This document shows, one piece after another, positions 13,981-27,919 of a stretch of DNA of 64,000 nt. Location: assembly GCF_963921235.1 (NCBI RefSeq), contig NC_086102.1:66278001-66342000 (forward strand), written 5' to 3'. The stretch's first letter is position 1; each line of letters starts with the position of its first letter. The translations under genes and the position numbers were made by a program. This stretch comes from Mobula hypostoma. Taxonomy: Eukaryota. Under the pieces are notes generated by a model. The model was not told the DNA's origin and searched no databases. It saw only the letters and a program-made list of their open reading frames with translations.

Positions 13981-14405
13981 ATTATATCGTACATGACCTC
14001 AGACTTTGGTGCAGAATTAGGCCATTTGAACTCCAACATTCAAACATTTCTGTTTTATTTTCCCTCTCAATCTCATTCCCTTGCCTTCCCCCTGTAACCT
14101 TTGACATGCTAACCAATCAAAAACCTTTCATATCTGCTTTAAGTCCGTCCAATGTCCTGGCCTCCACGGCAACCCGTGACAATGTGTTCCACAAATTCAC
14201 CATCCTCTTGATAAAGAAATTCATTCTCATCTCTTGTTCTAGAGCGACGTCCTTCTAATCTGAGGCTGTGCTCTCTGGTCCTAGGTTCCCCTAATACTGA
14301 AAATATCTTCTCCATGTCCACTCTAGAGTTTGCCTTTCAACATTTGATAATGTATAGCACTCTGCAAATTTTTGCCTGCAAAAAGAGATGTTCAGAATTA
14401 CTCAC

Positions 14406-14585
14406 CAGCAGAAGATTAAGCCATTCTTCGGCCCGTGATGTGACTGCTATCCAATTACAGTTCAACAGACTGAGTTTATCATCAACAACATTGTTACTCT
14501 TGCCCAACATGGCCTTCAGACTCTCACCAGTCTCTGTGATGCTGTTCAGCAGTAGCCGCCGCTTCTCTATATCTTTCTGTGTACC
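14406..14585 (-). CDS. DMD: Dystrophin exon orthologous to human exon 35 (180 nt, phase 0/0); not in the ORF track
   Basis: Manual translation GTQKDIEKRRLLLNSITETGESLKAMLGKSNNVVDDKLSLLNCNWIAVTSRAEEWLNLLL. Acceptor ttttatag|GGT, donor CTG|gtgagt. Confidence 0.97.
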
Positions 14586-15495
14586 CTATAAAACAAGAAG
14601 ATCATGTTAATGTAGAATAAGGAACCAATGAAGATTTTTAAAAAGGACATTAAAGTAATGATGATCAGAAACATCCTGATCAGCTATATTCCACCTCCCC
14701 CCACAATACACCTTTTATATTGTTGGATATGAAAGTTCTCCTTCTCATCGAAAACAAAAGAGCAATGGAGACCCTCCTGCGGCACGTTGCATCTTTCTAT
14801 TGACACAAGCTTGATATTCTTGATTAAGACATTTGGTTGATGGTGCTGCTGCCAAGCCTTTCTTGGTGATGGAGTAGGAGTACAGGATACACTAAGCATG
14901 GGAGAGTTCTTCCAAGAACATGAATGAGCACTGATCAACCACCTGGTAGGTGATCACTTTGGAAAGATTTTCTTGCCAACATTTGATCTGATACCTTGAG
15001 ATTATGTATTGTGCAATCAATTCCGAGTACCCCTATGGCTCCTATCCCCTCCAGTCTGTGTACACTGTTAGGCCCCCTTTGGTAGGTCAGGACCTATCTT
15101 GTATTTGTGCTGGAAGAATTTCACATCAACTGCCACGTGTTCTTTGCACAGTACCATGCTGAGCTATTGTTTGACAAATACCCAGGACTGCTATCCTCGT
15201 CTGTAGACTGATCCCGAACATGGTATATGTTGTGAGGAACTTCAGCAATAACATGCAGAGCTGAGGTGATTTCTCTTTGAGTTACAGCCATCTTCCTTGG
15301 TGCTGCTTTTTCAGTCTAGTCAGTGGACATGATCCCCATTGACTTTAATCTCCAGAGTAAATCATGAAACACCACAGCCATCGATGATGGTTTGAGTAAC
15401 ATTCAAACTGACATTGTTTCAAAGATGCTGGTAGATCTGCTCTGAAAGATTTTGTAGAATAATTAGAGTATTTAACATGTTAAGGAATGGATATA

Positions 15496-16958
15496 CACTC
15501 AGTGGCCACTTTATGAGGTTCCTCCTGAGAGGCCACTGAGTGTATTCCCATGGACTTCTGTTGCTGCAGCCCATCCACTTTGATGTTCTGAGTTGCACAT
15601 ATAGAGATGCCCCTCTGCACACCACCAATGTAATTTGAGTTACTGCTGCCTTCCTGTCAGCTTGAACCAGTCTGGTCATTGTCCTCTGACCTTTCTCATT
15701 AAAAAGGTGTTTTCACCCACAGAACTGCTGATCACTGAATATATTTTGCTTTTTGCACCATTCTACGTAAACTCTGGAGACTTTCGCTTGTGAAAATCAG
15801 CAGTTTCTGAGATACTCAAACTACCTTCTCTGGTACCAACAATCATTATACAGTCAAAGTTACTTAGATCACATTTCTTTCCCATTCTGATGTTTACTGA
15901 TCTCTTGACTATGTCTGGATGCTTTTGTGCACTGAGTTGCTGCCGCATGATTGGCTGATTAGACATTTGGATTAATGAGCAGATGTTCACTGTTCAAAGT
16001 AAATTTTATTATCGAAGTACATACATGTCACCTTACACAACCCTGAGATTCATTTTCCTGTGGACATAATCAACAAATTTATTGAATAGTAACTATAACA
16101 GGATCAATGAAAGATCAACAAACTGTGTAAATGTAAATAAATAGCAATACATACTAAGAACATGAAATAACCAGATGAACAGTCCTTAAAGTGAGATCAT
16201 TGGCTGTGAAAATATCTCAATGGATGGGCAAGTGAGTGTAGTTATCCCCTTTGTTCAAGAGCCTGATGGTTGTGGGTTAGTAACTGTTCTTGGACCTGGT
16301 GGTTCGAATCCTGAGGCTCTTGAACCTTCTACCTGATGGCAGCAGTGAGAACAGGGGACGTCTTGAGTGGTTGAGGATCTCTGATGATGCATGCTACTTT
16401 CCAATGACAGCATTTCACGTAGATGTGCTCAATCACTGGGAGGGCTTCACCTGTGATGCACTGGGCTGAATCCAATACCTTTTGTCGGATTTTCCATTCA
16501 AAGACATCGGTGGTTCCGTACCAGACTATGATGCAGCCAGTCCATATACTCTCCACTACACATCTATAGAAGTCTGTCAAAGTTTTAGATGTCATGCTGA
16601 ATTTCCGTAGGTTCTGAGGGAAACAGAAACACTATCGTGCTTTCTTCACAATTGCACTTAAGTGCTGAGTCCAAGACAGGTCCTCTGAAACAGTAACACA
16701 CTGGAACTTAAAGTTGCTAAAGTTGCCTCTCCATCTCTGATCCTCTGATGAGGACTGGCTCACGGACCTCTGGTATCCCTCTTCTAAAGTCTACAGTCAG
16801 TTCCTTGGTCTTGCAGACAATTGAGTGAGAGGTTGTTGTTATGACACCACTCAGCCAAATTTTCACTCTTCCTCCTGTATGCAGAATCATCACCATCTTT
16901 GATTCGGCTCACAACATTGTAGAGGTGTACAGGTGTACCCAATAAAGTGGCCACTGCG
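15496..16958 (-). mobile_element. Tc1-derived MITE split by a Rex1 3' fragment (~15990-16920)
   Basis: ta|cactcagtggccactttat ... aataaagtggccactgcg|ta; MGKKCDLSNFDCIMIVG. The insert encodes FYRCVVESIWTGCIIVWYG. Confidence 0.82.
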
Positions 16959-17949
16959 TATAAATTGTTTTGGCTTCAGACAACATATGGCTATATTTGG
17001 ATAGACAGCATTTATTTGCGAGAAGTTAAATTGGGCTGAAATCACCAACCCTCCTCGCAGTTTCAGTTTCTCATCTACACCATGGAGACAATTCATAGAG
17101 ACTGATTAACCTGCTGATGCACGTCCTTAAGATGTGGTTGGAAACTCGATGGCAAGGAGAAATTGCAGAAGCTCACAGAGAGCACCCATGGTAACGACTG
17201 AATTCAGGTCTCTGGTGACGTGAAGGAGCAGCCCTACACAGCTTGACACACTGTGCTGCCCACCCAGTGTCAATTCGAAGAAAAAGTTATCAGATTAAAG
17301 CACACGTTGAATATCCATAGCAAAAATCATTATGTCAGACAATAGGAAGAATGTGATGGAAGAGGAGGAGATTGTGAGGATGTTGGTTTGAAATCTATAA
17401 TTATGAGAAAAGACTAACTTTGGAACTTTGAAAGGATGCTGTGGAAAACAGTAATTGGAGACTGGAACAACTGAAACCTTGAGCTGATTTACATGGTACA
17501 GGGATGAGACTTTGAAGAACCAAGAACAGAGAGCTGGAATGTGGGATTATGTGACACAACTATATTTTTGACCAGCACACATACATTGAGCTCTATCCCA
17601 TACTGTGAACTTGTATGACTCAATGGAAAACGCAGCTTTGATCAAAGTGGTAGATGTGAACAAAAATCAGAATCAAATTCACTCAGACCTTAAGTCATAA
17701 GACATGAAAGAAAATTACTTCCATTCTGGCTGAGAAAAAAGATGCCACATTGTTCCACATATGAATTAACATGCATTTTGTTGTATTAAAAAAAAACTTT
17801 CACATTTCCTCATAGTAAGTTTGAAGAGTTCAAGTTCTTTTGTCACAAAGTCTGTCATTTTCAGTCATCTGCCTCAACCATTTTGGCCCTTTCTCACCAA
17901 GCTGAATTTCTGCTTCTCCTCTGGCTCCATTCCTTGAATTTTGATCAAT

Positions 17950-19235
17950 CACAGATTTCTCAGTTTCCTTTCAAGCTTTCCAAAGCTTACCTTGTCCATC
18001 AGACATACCTCCTATTCACTTGAGCCATGAAGCATCCAAATTTCCTTCCTCGCCGTTTATTTATGCCAACTGACTTTCTTCTCAGAAACAGAACCCTTTT
18101 CTGAAAATCTGCCAACATTAATTCTCTCTATAAACCAATTATTTGTTTCTGTCCAATCCTTCACAAGTTGCACCCTTGTAGACTGTCTGATCTTTACTAA
18201 CATTAATGAACACATAAGATACTGCACAAAAATTCTTCCCATAAAACTTCTAACCCTGCCACAAACCAAAATACTTTTCATCTATGGCACTGGTAACTTG
18301 CTACATCAGAAATTGAAGGCCCCCTTTCTCATCCTTCAACTTCCTCCAGCTGTTGACATGATTGACCGGTCCAACCTCAACTTTTGCCCATAATCATACA
18401 ACTGAATGAGACCCTAGTTGCTTGGCACCCTCTTAACTGTCGAGGCATACCAAGGAATTATCTTGTCTTCCCCTTACTACAGAACCACGTCCAATGCTCT
18501 CTAAGTATCTATCCGTGACACTCACCCACTTCTCACTCATTTACCATTTCTCAACAACATCACCCTGTATAACAGAGGCAGATTTAATCATTCATGCTAT
18601 CGCCCAACTCCACTGTACCACTCTCCCTCAATCCCTTCTCCGCCACTAGGATTTGCTTGACCATCAGCAGTCATGAAGCAGAACGTTCCTCCATCTAAAC
18701 TTCAGGAAGACTCTGTTGACAGTGCACAGACTGCTCCATTCCATTCTCACATCAGGAAATCTAACTCTTCTCCCCAGCCGCACCCCCCCCCAAGGGAATG
18801 TATGTAATTGCATCAGACTGTTCACTACATTGGTCCTATGGTGGCCACAAAATCAAACAACCAGGCAATCAAAAGGGTTACTCAATCGCCTTTGTAATAT
18901 TGCAGCGCAATCCGTGCCATTCTATCTCCTTTATTCCAAGCAGTATGAATGTGAGATCACCTAATGTTCTGATATCAGAGTGCTAAATTGCTCCAAACAT
19001 TACTAAATTTTCACCCACTGTTGCTGAGCCACAAAGGTATCAATTTATGCTGGGACCTGATTTCAAAATTCTCATTCTCGGCTACAGCCTTATCATTACC
19101 CAGATCTCTCATTTTCTGTAATCCCACAATACGCCACATGTACATGCTTTTCCAAATTCTTGCTCTGGCAGGAATTCCATTCTTCAAACTTTCTACAGAT
19201 CTTTCCTCATTTAATACCTCGCTGTTCAGCTGATC
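17950..19235 (+). mobile_element. Old L2-type LINE RT remnant
   Basis: Degenerate RPISNL/LDLSAAFDTIDH-like segments (tctgccaacattaattctc; ccagctgttgacatgattgacc). Boundaries approximate. Confidence 0.5.
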
Positions 19236-19474
19236 ATGTGGTCAAATACCCCAACCCAGTTTGTGGGGTTGTTCATTTTATACATTATTTAGTAATACCT
19301 TCATGTTTTACTGGATATTTTATAAGAATCTTGTTTTTTATGATTTATCATTCAAGGATATTGACTCTAGATACCTAGCAAAATGAAGATACATTAAACA
19401 TCTTTCAATAACCCTGAAAGGGAAATACTTCAAAAATTTATACGAATATAAAAATTGAAACGTTAATCAGACTA

Positions 19475-22400
19475 TAAAGACAAAGGAGCAGAATTAGGTC
19501 ATTGACCCATCGAGTCTGCTCTGCCATTTCATCATGGCAAATACATTTCCCTCTCAATGTCATTTTTCTGCCTGTACCCCAAAATCTTTCCCACCCTGAC
19601 TAAAAATCTATCAACTCCCAGCTTAAATACACCTAGTGACCTGGACTCCACAGCAACTTATGGCAATGAATTTCACAGATTCACCACCCTCTAGCTAAAG
19701 AAATTCCTCCTCATCACAGTTCTAAAATGGACAGCCCTCCATTCCGAAGCTGTGGCTTCTTGTCCAAACTTGCCCACCATAGAAAACATCCTCTCCACAT
19801 CCACTCTATCTCACACTTTCAACATTTGATAGGTTTCACTGAGATCCCCTACATTCTTCTAAATTCCAGCAAGTGAAGTCCCAGAGCCATCAATCGTTCC
19901 TCATACGATAAACCTTTCATTCCCGGAATAACTCTCATGAACCTCCTCTGAATCCTCTCCAATGTCAGCAGGTCCTCTCTTAAATAAGGGGCCCAAACTT
20001 CTCACAGTACTACAGGTGAGGCCTCACCATAGCCTTACAAAAGCCTCAGTATTACATCCTTGTTTTAGATTCTGGTCCTCTCAAAATGAATGCTAACAAT
20101 ATATTTGTCTTCCTCACCACCTACCCAACCTGCAAATCAACCCTGAGGGAATCCTGCACGAGGACTCCCAAGTCTCTCTGCACATCTGATTTTTGAATTT
20201 TCTTCCCCTTTATAAAATAGTCTATTCTTTTATTCCTTCTACCAAAACGCATGACCATACACTTCCCGACACTGTATTCCATTATTCCATTTCTTACTTC
20301 TTTGCCCATTCTCCTAATCTGTCCCCAAGTATTATCAGTGACATATGACGTGAAATTTGTTAATGTTATGGCAGCAATGAAACAGATGATAAATAAATAT
20401 AGAGAAAAAACTGTAACTGCATTAAGTATATATATATGTCTTTTAAATTGTCAGGGTAGAGTAAGCAGTGCAAAAAAAAAATAAAAAGGTCATGAGGTAG
20501 TGGAAATCAAGTGGCAGAGGGGAAGAAGCTGTTCCTGAATTGCTGAATGTTTGCCTTCAAGCTTCTGTACCTCCTTCCTGATGGTAACAATAAGAAGACG
20601 GCATGTCTTGGGTAGTGGAAGTCCTTAATGATGGATGCTACCTTCCTAAGGCACCACTCCTTAAAGATGTCTTGGATACTAGGGATACTCATACGCTTCT
20701 GCAACCTCCCTGCTTCCTCAAAACTACCTGTGCCTCCAACTATCTTCGTATCATTGGCAAACTTGGTCACAAAGCTATCAATTCCTTCATCCAAATCACG
20801 GATAAATAATGTAAAAGAAGCAGTCCCAACACAGACCCCTGTGGAACACTACTGGTCACCAGCAGCCAATCAGAAAAGGTTCCCTTTACTCCCATGCTTT
20901 GCCTCCCACCAATCAGCCTCTGCTCTATCCATGCTGGTATCTTTCCTGAAATACCATGGGCTCATAACTTGTTAAGCAGCCTCACACGTGGCACCTTGTC
21001 AAAGGCTTTCTGAAAATCCAAGTACACAACTTCCACCAATTCTCCTTTGTCTATCCTGCTTGTTATTTTCTCAAAGAATTTTAACAAATTTGGCATGCAA
21101 GATTTTCCCTTTAGGAAACCTTATTGACTATAGCCTATTTTATCACGTGCCTCCAAGTACCCCGAAACCACATCCTTAACAACTGACTCCAATATTTTCC
21201 CAACCACTGAAGTCAGACTATAATTTCCTTTCATCTGCCTTTCTCCTTGGTTGGATTGACATTTATAATTTTCCAGTTGTCTGGAAAGATTATTTACAAT
21301 GCCTTCAGAATCTCTTCAGGTACTTCATTCAGAATCTTGGGGTGCAGTCCATCTAGTCCAGGTGACTTACCTAGCTTCAGACTTTTCAGTTTCCCAAGCA
21401 TCTTCTCCTTAGTAATAGCAACTACACTCATCTCTGCTCCCTGATACCCTTGAACTTCCACCATACTGCTTGTGTCTTCCACAGTGAACACTGATGCAAA
21501 TTGCTAATTCAGTTCATCTGCTATTTCCTTGTCCCACATTAATATCTCTCCAGCATAATTTTCCAGTGGTCCAGTATTTACTCTTGCCTGTCTTACTCTT
21601 CATATATCTGAAAAAAAAAACAACTTTTGGTATCCTCTTTGATATGGTTGGCTAGCTTAACTTCATATTTCATCTTTTTGTCCCTTGTGGTTTTTCAGTG
21701 GCCTTCTGTGGGTTTTTAAAATTTCTTGTAACTTCCCACTAATTTTTACTCTACCTTATGCCCTCTCTTTTGCTTTATGTTGGCTTTGACTTTCCCTCGT
21801 CAAACACAATTGTGTCATCCTGCTATTAGAATACTACTTCTTTGGGATGTGTCTATCCTGCACCTTCGGAAATGCTTCCATAAACTCCAGCCATTGCTGA
21901 CCTGCTGTCATACCTGCTAATGTCCCTTGCCAATCAACTTTGGCCAGTTCTTCTCTCTTGCCTCTGTAATTTTCCTTACTCTTCTGTAATATTGATACCC
22001 CTGACCTTAGTTTCCCCCACTCAAATTGCAGAATGAATTTTATCAAACTATGATCTCTGCCTCCAGTGGGTTCCTTTACCTTAAGCTCCCTAATCAAAAC
22101 TGGTTCATTATACAACACCAAAACAGAATAGCTGATCCCCCAGTGTGCTCAACCACAACCACAAGCTGCTCTAAAAAGCCATCTTGTATTGTAGGCATTC
22201 AATAAATTCTCTATCTTGGGCTTCAGCACCAACCTGATTTTCCCAATCTACCTGAATATCAAAAACCCCAAAGACTACTGTAACATTGCTCTTTAACAAA
22301 CCTTCTCTAATTCCCATTGTAATTTGTAGCCCATATCCTGTATTTAACTCCCATCAGGGCCTTTTTACCCTTTCAGTTTCTTAATCTACCCACAAGGATT

Positions 22401-22880
22401 CTACACCTTCTGACCCTATGCCACCTCTTTCGAAGGATTTTATTTTATTTTTAACTAGCAGAGTCACACAATCCTCTCTGCCTACCTGCCTGTCCTTTTG
22501 ATACAATGTGTATCATTGGATGTTAAGCTCCCAATATAATCTTCTTTTAGCCATGACTCAGTGATGCCTACAACGTCATACTTGCCAATCTCTAACTGCA
22601 GTACAAAATACCTACTTATTTTGTATACTGCGCGTAGTCAAATATAAAACCTTCAATCTTGCATCCAACACCCTTTTCAATCTTGTCTTCCTTTTACACT
22701 TAATCTCATTCCACTGACATCAATGTTGCCCTGTCATCTGCCTGTCCTTCCTGACAGTCTCACTACACACTGCCCCTGCTTGTAAACAAACAGCCCTCTC
22801 ACTCTGGTTCCCATGCCCCTGACAAATTAGTTTAAACCCTCCCCAACAACTCTAGTAAACTTGCCCACAAGGAGATTGGC
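19475..22880 (-). mobile_element. Decayed CR1 LINE ORF2 with a nested Rex1 3' fragment (~20330-20690)
   Basis: KSPGLDGLHPKIL, KFANDTKIVG, QRDLGVLV, GGRDHSLIKF; CR1-type 3' UTR. Confidence 0.85.
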
Positions 22881-25089
22881 CCCCTCAGGTTCAGACCCTA
22901 TAGACTTCAAAGCAGCAAGGTTGCTGTAAGAGTGGAGCAGTCTAGCTCTCACTGTTGGATGATGAGATGCATTATTACTGGCCAATGTACAAGCTACCAG
23001 AAGGAGTCTACACTACTTGAGTTTGACTTAAAGGGGTGCATCAAGGCTGCAGCAGGCTCCTGTATTCATGCAAAATAATATTTTTTTTAGAAATATTTGG
23101 TGACATCCCAACTTGAGAAACAGTGTGTTCCCAGAATTCAAAGCTGCACAATGTTCTTGGTGGAAAGGTGCAGAGTGATGAAATATCTGATGTCTACCTG
23201 AGCCAGGAAGCCTTCCAAACAGATCTACAGTAACAGAAGTAGATAGTCACAAAGCTGAATGCCAGTGTCCAACTCCAATGAGGCAAGAAGTTCAGTGAAC
23301 TTACTCACACAATTATGGTCAGTGAAAATCTTTACAAAAACCTTTTCCAACAAAAGTTGCCGCGAGCACTACTCAGTTAATCACATACACTCATTAATCC
23401 AAACAAAAAAAATTGTGCATCAAAAGCAAACAAGCAAATGCTTCACCTTACCCTCATACCCTGACAATTCCTGCAAGCAATATTTCACAGTTACCACAAC
23501 CGGGATAGCTTTTTAACCATGATAGCAAATGGACTGAGACCCTTCAATTTCTTTCTTGAAGGTTAAGTAATACATGACTGAATCCTCATTCTATATCCCT
23601 GCTCTCATCTTGTACATCTGCCTCACCCTGCATTCTTTTGATTTACAAGCTACAATTTACAGAACCACTGTCCCTTCTCCAAAGGAAATAACTTAAAACT
23701 GCAACTTGGCTAGGTGTAGAAGCAAGAAGATTATTTTGATGACTGGACAATCACTTAGTTGAATACCTATAACTCTCCAGCTCAGGTGATGACACTGGAC
23801 CATAATTGAGAATATTGCAACACAGTGAGACTCAACTCATGCTGGGCATGAAGCTAAGCTCCAGCAAGAATGCAGCACCTTGCTGGAAGGTGACATTGCA
23901 AACACAATTTGCTGCCAAGAAACTTTTTAGAAGACTTCAATGAAGCAGGTTTCAGGTGGTGGCTAAGGGTGCAGAAAAGGAAGTCTTGATATTTTGGGAA
24001 GCCTTGCCAGAAAACCTGTGTGCAATGTTCAGGAACATTGCAGAGACTGGCATCAAGTTTGCCCAAATGAGTGTCACCAGTGGACACCTTACTACTCTAT
24101 CCCCGTGTGTCACTAGTTTCAGGGAGCTATGCACTTGTACCCCAGGGTGCCTTTGTACAGTAATGCTCCTCAGATCCTTGCCATGTATTCTAAATATCCT
24201 AACAGAATTTCACTTCCCAAAAAAAGTAAACTCACAATTGTCTGGATTAAAACTTATCTGCCATTGTGCTGCTTAACTTTCCATCTGACATTTGTCATGC
24301 TGTATCCCTAGACAGCCTCAGAACATAGAACAGTTCAGAATTGGCAGAAAAAACAGAAACACCTCCTTTTCCATTGGAGAGAGAGAATCTGCGGTATGTT
24401 GAATGCCGGATGAAACGTGAAGCCTTTGGGGGTAACTGCAAGTCTGCATCTTTGCTATTGCTTTGCTCACGCTGGGTGCTCAGTGGTGGTACTGATGCTT
24501 GCTTTTTTTTTGCTGGTGGAGGGAGGGGGGATTGTTGTTCGCTGCCACTTACATGTGGGAGGGAGGGGAGCTGGGGGGGACTTTGGGGTTCTTATGTTTA
24601 TCTGTCGTTCATTCTTTGGGCACTTCTCTGTTTTTGTGGATGTTGGTGAAGGAAAAGCGTTTCTGGATGTATATTGTATAAATTTCTCTGGCATTACATT
24701 GGACCTTTGAACCTTTCACCCCCACAATGTTGTATCAACCTTGAATCTGCTTTGCCATCCACCACTTCACCAGTTTGTATGTCATTTACAGACTTACTGA
24801 TCAGGCCAGCTATGTTCTCATTCCATGTAATTACATATATCATAAACAACAAACATTTCAGCACCAATTCCTGCTGTACACCACTTGTTACTTAAATTTA
24901 ATCAAAGCACAAAGATAGATGATTGCACTTGTTGAAGGCAAATCAATTCAGCTCATTTACAGTGCATCAAGTTTCTGCAGTGCCCAAAGCCCAACATCTT
25001 CAATAATTTCATCACTGAACTTCCTTCTACCAAAGCTGTTTGCTGGTGATTAGGCAATTCCAAACAACATTCAGTTTTTGGTTTATATA

Positions 25090-25370
25090 TTTTATTTATT
25101 TAAAAATAGAGCATGGAACAGGCACTTAAGGCCCAACGAGCTGCACCACCCAGCAAACCACTTTTTAACCCCAGCCTAATCACAGGACAATTTGCAATGA
25201 CCATTAACCTGCTAACTGGTATGTATTTGGGCTGTGGGAAGAGACCAAAGCATCTGAAGCAAACCCACGTGGTCACGGGGAAAATATACAAACTCCTTGC
25301 AGACGGTGCTAGAATTGAATCCTGAAATCTGAATGCCCCAAGCAGTAATAGCGTGGCACTGACCATCATT
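25090..25370 (-). mobile_element. V-SINE (HE1-like)
   Basis: Minus strand has B box gattcaattc, V-domain-like ggagtttgtatattttccccgtgaccacgtgggttt, CR1-like tail and (taaa)n. Confidence 0.75.
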
Positions 25371-27593
25371 TGACAAATAATATTTGTGCTGCACAAGAGT
25401 GAGACAATGGCCAGATCCAAGATAAGGTCTCACCATATCCCAAGGCATTAAAATAGTTAATTCAAACATGTGCAAAACCCATTCCTGAGAGATTGGGAAC
25501 TGATAATTGGGTGGAATTAGAGCATGAAGTTTTGCATATCACTTATATTATCCCGCTTAGAACTTTCTCATGTATTCCAGAAAGCTCAACCTGTTTCATT
25601 TGATATGCATTGAAATTATTAACTCATGCACATTTTCTTATTGCTGAAGTTTTTATCCTGTTGCAATGATTTTCTTTCATATGTTCCATCACAAAGACCA
25701 CACAATGTCTGATTGCCCGCACAGACCCTGCTTGTACTGACAACAAAATTCACTCAAATGTCCATCAGACCATCTGCAGTTACCTGGAGACAGAGTAACA
25801 AATATCAATGAGCCAACCTCTTTTGAAAATTTCAGATCTCCTCTATTCTTTGGAGATGGTTGGCATTCAAAACGAAAATTTATTGCCCTGGAATACCTCA
25901 GTGGATTATTCTTTCAACCACAATGTGGAATATTTGCATAGTAATGAGATTATTAGTACTTTATACTGCCAATTTATATAACAGTTTTCTTTTATATTAC
26001 AGTTGCATTAAAATTTAATTAAAACTTGAACCAACTGGCCAGGCAACTGTCAAAATATATGGCAAGTAGCCATCTTTTGATGCTTCACCATTAATGAGAA
26101 TGGCAATATTATTCTTCTGCCGGAGCAAAAGCAGAACTCACTTAAGATTTTATTGTCTCTTTGAAAGTTATAATGCCACCTTGTCAACATCTCAGCATGT
26201 TCTTCCTCTGTATCATAATAATCCCTGACCCATCAGAAAGTTCCAAACCTCGCGTACCAAAGAGTTCCTATTTATAACTACAGAACTCTTTTGTTCTGCT
26301 TTTGGAGAACACATTGGTTACTTTATTCTTGAATGAAGCTACTTTGACAATCTCAAATGAGTGCAAAAGACACCATGGAAAAGGTGGCAATTGAAACATC
26401 TAGTTAAAGAATGGCAACACTGTATCAGTAAAACACTGAAACCTCTGCTACAGCAATAGTGTACTATGGCACTATCACCCTGAGTCTGGTAATAGAGACT
26501 TGCCCTCCAGAATAAGTTTTGCATCTGGCTCAGCTATTTTAATGATGTAAAAAAGAATGTTATCTGCTCGGCATTATAGAGAACCTTTCAGGTATGCTCT
26601 GTTCACCAAGAGAGGAGCAAATTGGTGCATCACTTCCTAGTTCATCTACTCCCTCCTGTAAGCATTGTGTGCAAAGTTGTTGCCAACTTTTCATTAATAC
26701 ACAGTTTGGATTTTATTTGGACCAAGCCACTCCTGACCTGATCAGAACCTGGTCCAAATGTTGATCAAAGAGATGAACTTCATAGATAATGTAAAAGTGA
26801 CTACACTTAACACGAGGGCAACACTTTACTGACTGTGGCATCAAGGAGAAATGATTGACTATGTCTATTGTTCATATGAGAAAGCACTCCGCAGAAGAAG
26901 CAAGAGAGTAGCAGTTGTTAGAGGTCAACAATTTCAGCCCCAGGTCATCATCATTTGCAGGCTTTCATCAGGCTGTGTCCTCAGCCTAACCACCTTCAGC
27001 TGATTCATCAATGACCTTCCTGGAGATGCTCGCTGATGACTAAACAGGCAGAGTTATCAGTCATTCCATACCTACTGAGTTGTGATGATTCTATTCAGAA
27101 CTCAGCAAATGAAACAGCCCAAGACATAGGAGCAGAATTAGGCCATTTGGCCCATCGAGTCTTTTACGCCTTTCAATCATGGCTGATCCTTTTTCTCCAC
27201 TCCTCAATCTCACTCCCTGGCCTTCTCGCCGTAACCTTTGATGCTGTGACCAATCAAGAACCTATTGCGCTCTGCCTTAAATACATCCAGCAACCTGGCC
27301 TCCACAGCTGCCTGTGGTAATAAATTCCACAAATTCACTCTGGCTAAAGAAATTTCTCTGCATCTCTGTCTTAAATGGGTGCCCCTCCATCCTGAGGTTA
27401 TGTCCTCTTGTCCTAGACTACCCCACCGTGAGAAACATCTTTTCCACATCTACTCTGTCTAGGCCTTTCAACATTCGATATGTTTCAATGAGATCCCTCC
27501 TCATCCTTCTAAATTCCAGTGAATACAAATGCAGAGCTATCAAACGTTCCTCATATGATGACCCTTTCACTCCTGGAATCATCTTTGTGAACC

Positions 27594-27919
27594 GGGTGAG
27601 AGAGCACAAGTCCGGGTATTTTTAGCGTTTTTAAGGGGTACAGGGGTTTTTTATAGAATATGATGAATAAACAGGAATAGGTTACTAGGATGGTCAAAGA
27701 NNNNNNNNNNNNNNNNNNNNNNNNNNNNNNNNNNNNNNNNNNNNNNNNNNNNNNNNNNNNNNNNNNNNNNNNNNNNNNNNNNNNNNNNNNNNNNNNNNNN
27801 NNNNNNNNNNNNNNNNNNNNNNNNNNNNNATGTATGTCTAGTGCACATTCTGGAGCAGTGGGTGGCGGTAATGCACCATTAAGCTGGATGCCAACTGCCG
27901 TAAAACAAGATACAGACAG
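27594..27919 (+). mobile_element. 5'-truncated I/Nimb-like LINE 3' end inserted in CR1, spanning an assembly gap
   Basis: 13-bp TSD atctttgtgaacc at 27581-27593 and 27920-27932. ORF end ...VFLAFLRGTGVFYRI*; 3' motif ggtggcggtaatgcacc...gccaactgccgtaaaa. Confidence 0.65.
27701..27829. other. Assembly gap (129 N)
   Basis: Run of N. Confidence 1.

Noticed and set aside
1-14405. DMD exon 36
   Set aside because: I found no EYQKHMETFD-like segment with splice sites by eye; it probably lies beyond the window start.
14314-14610. Plus-strand ORFs overlapping DMD exons (also 46430-46804)
   Set aside because: They are antisense shadows of coding exons with no recognisable motifs.
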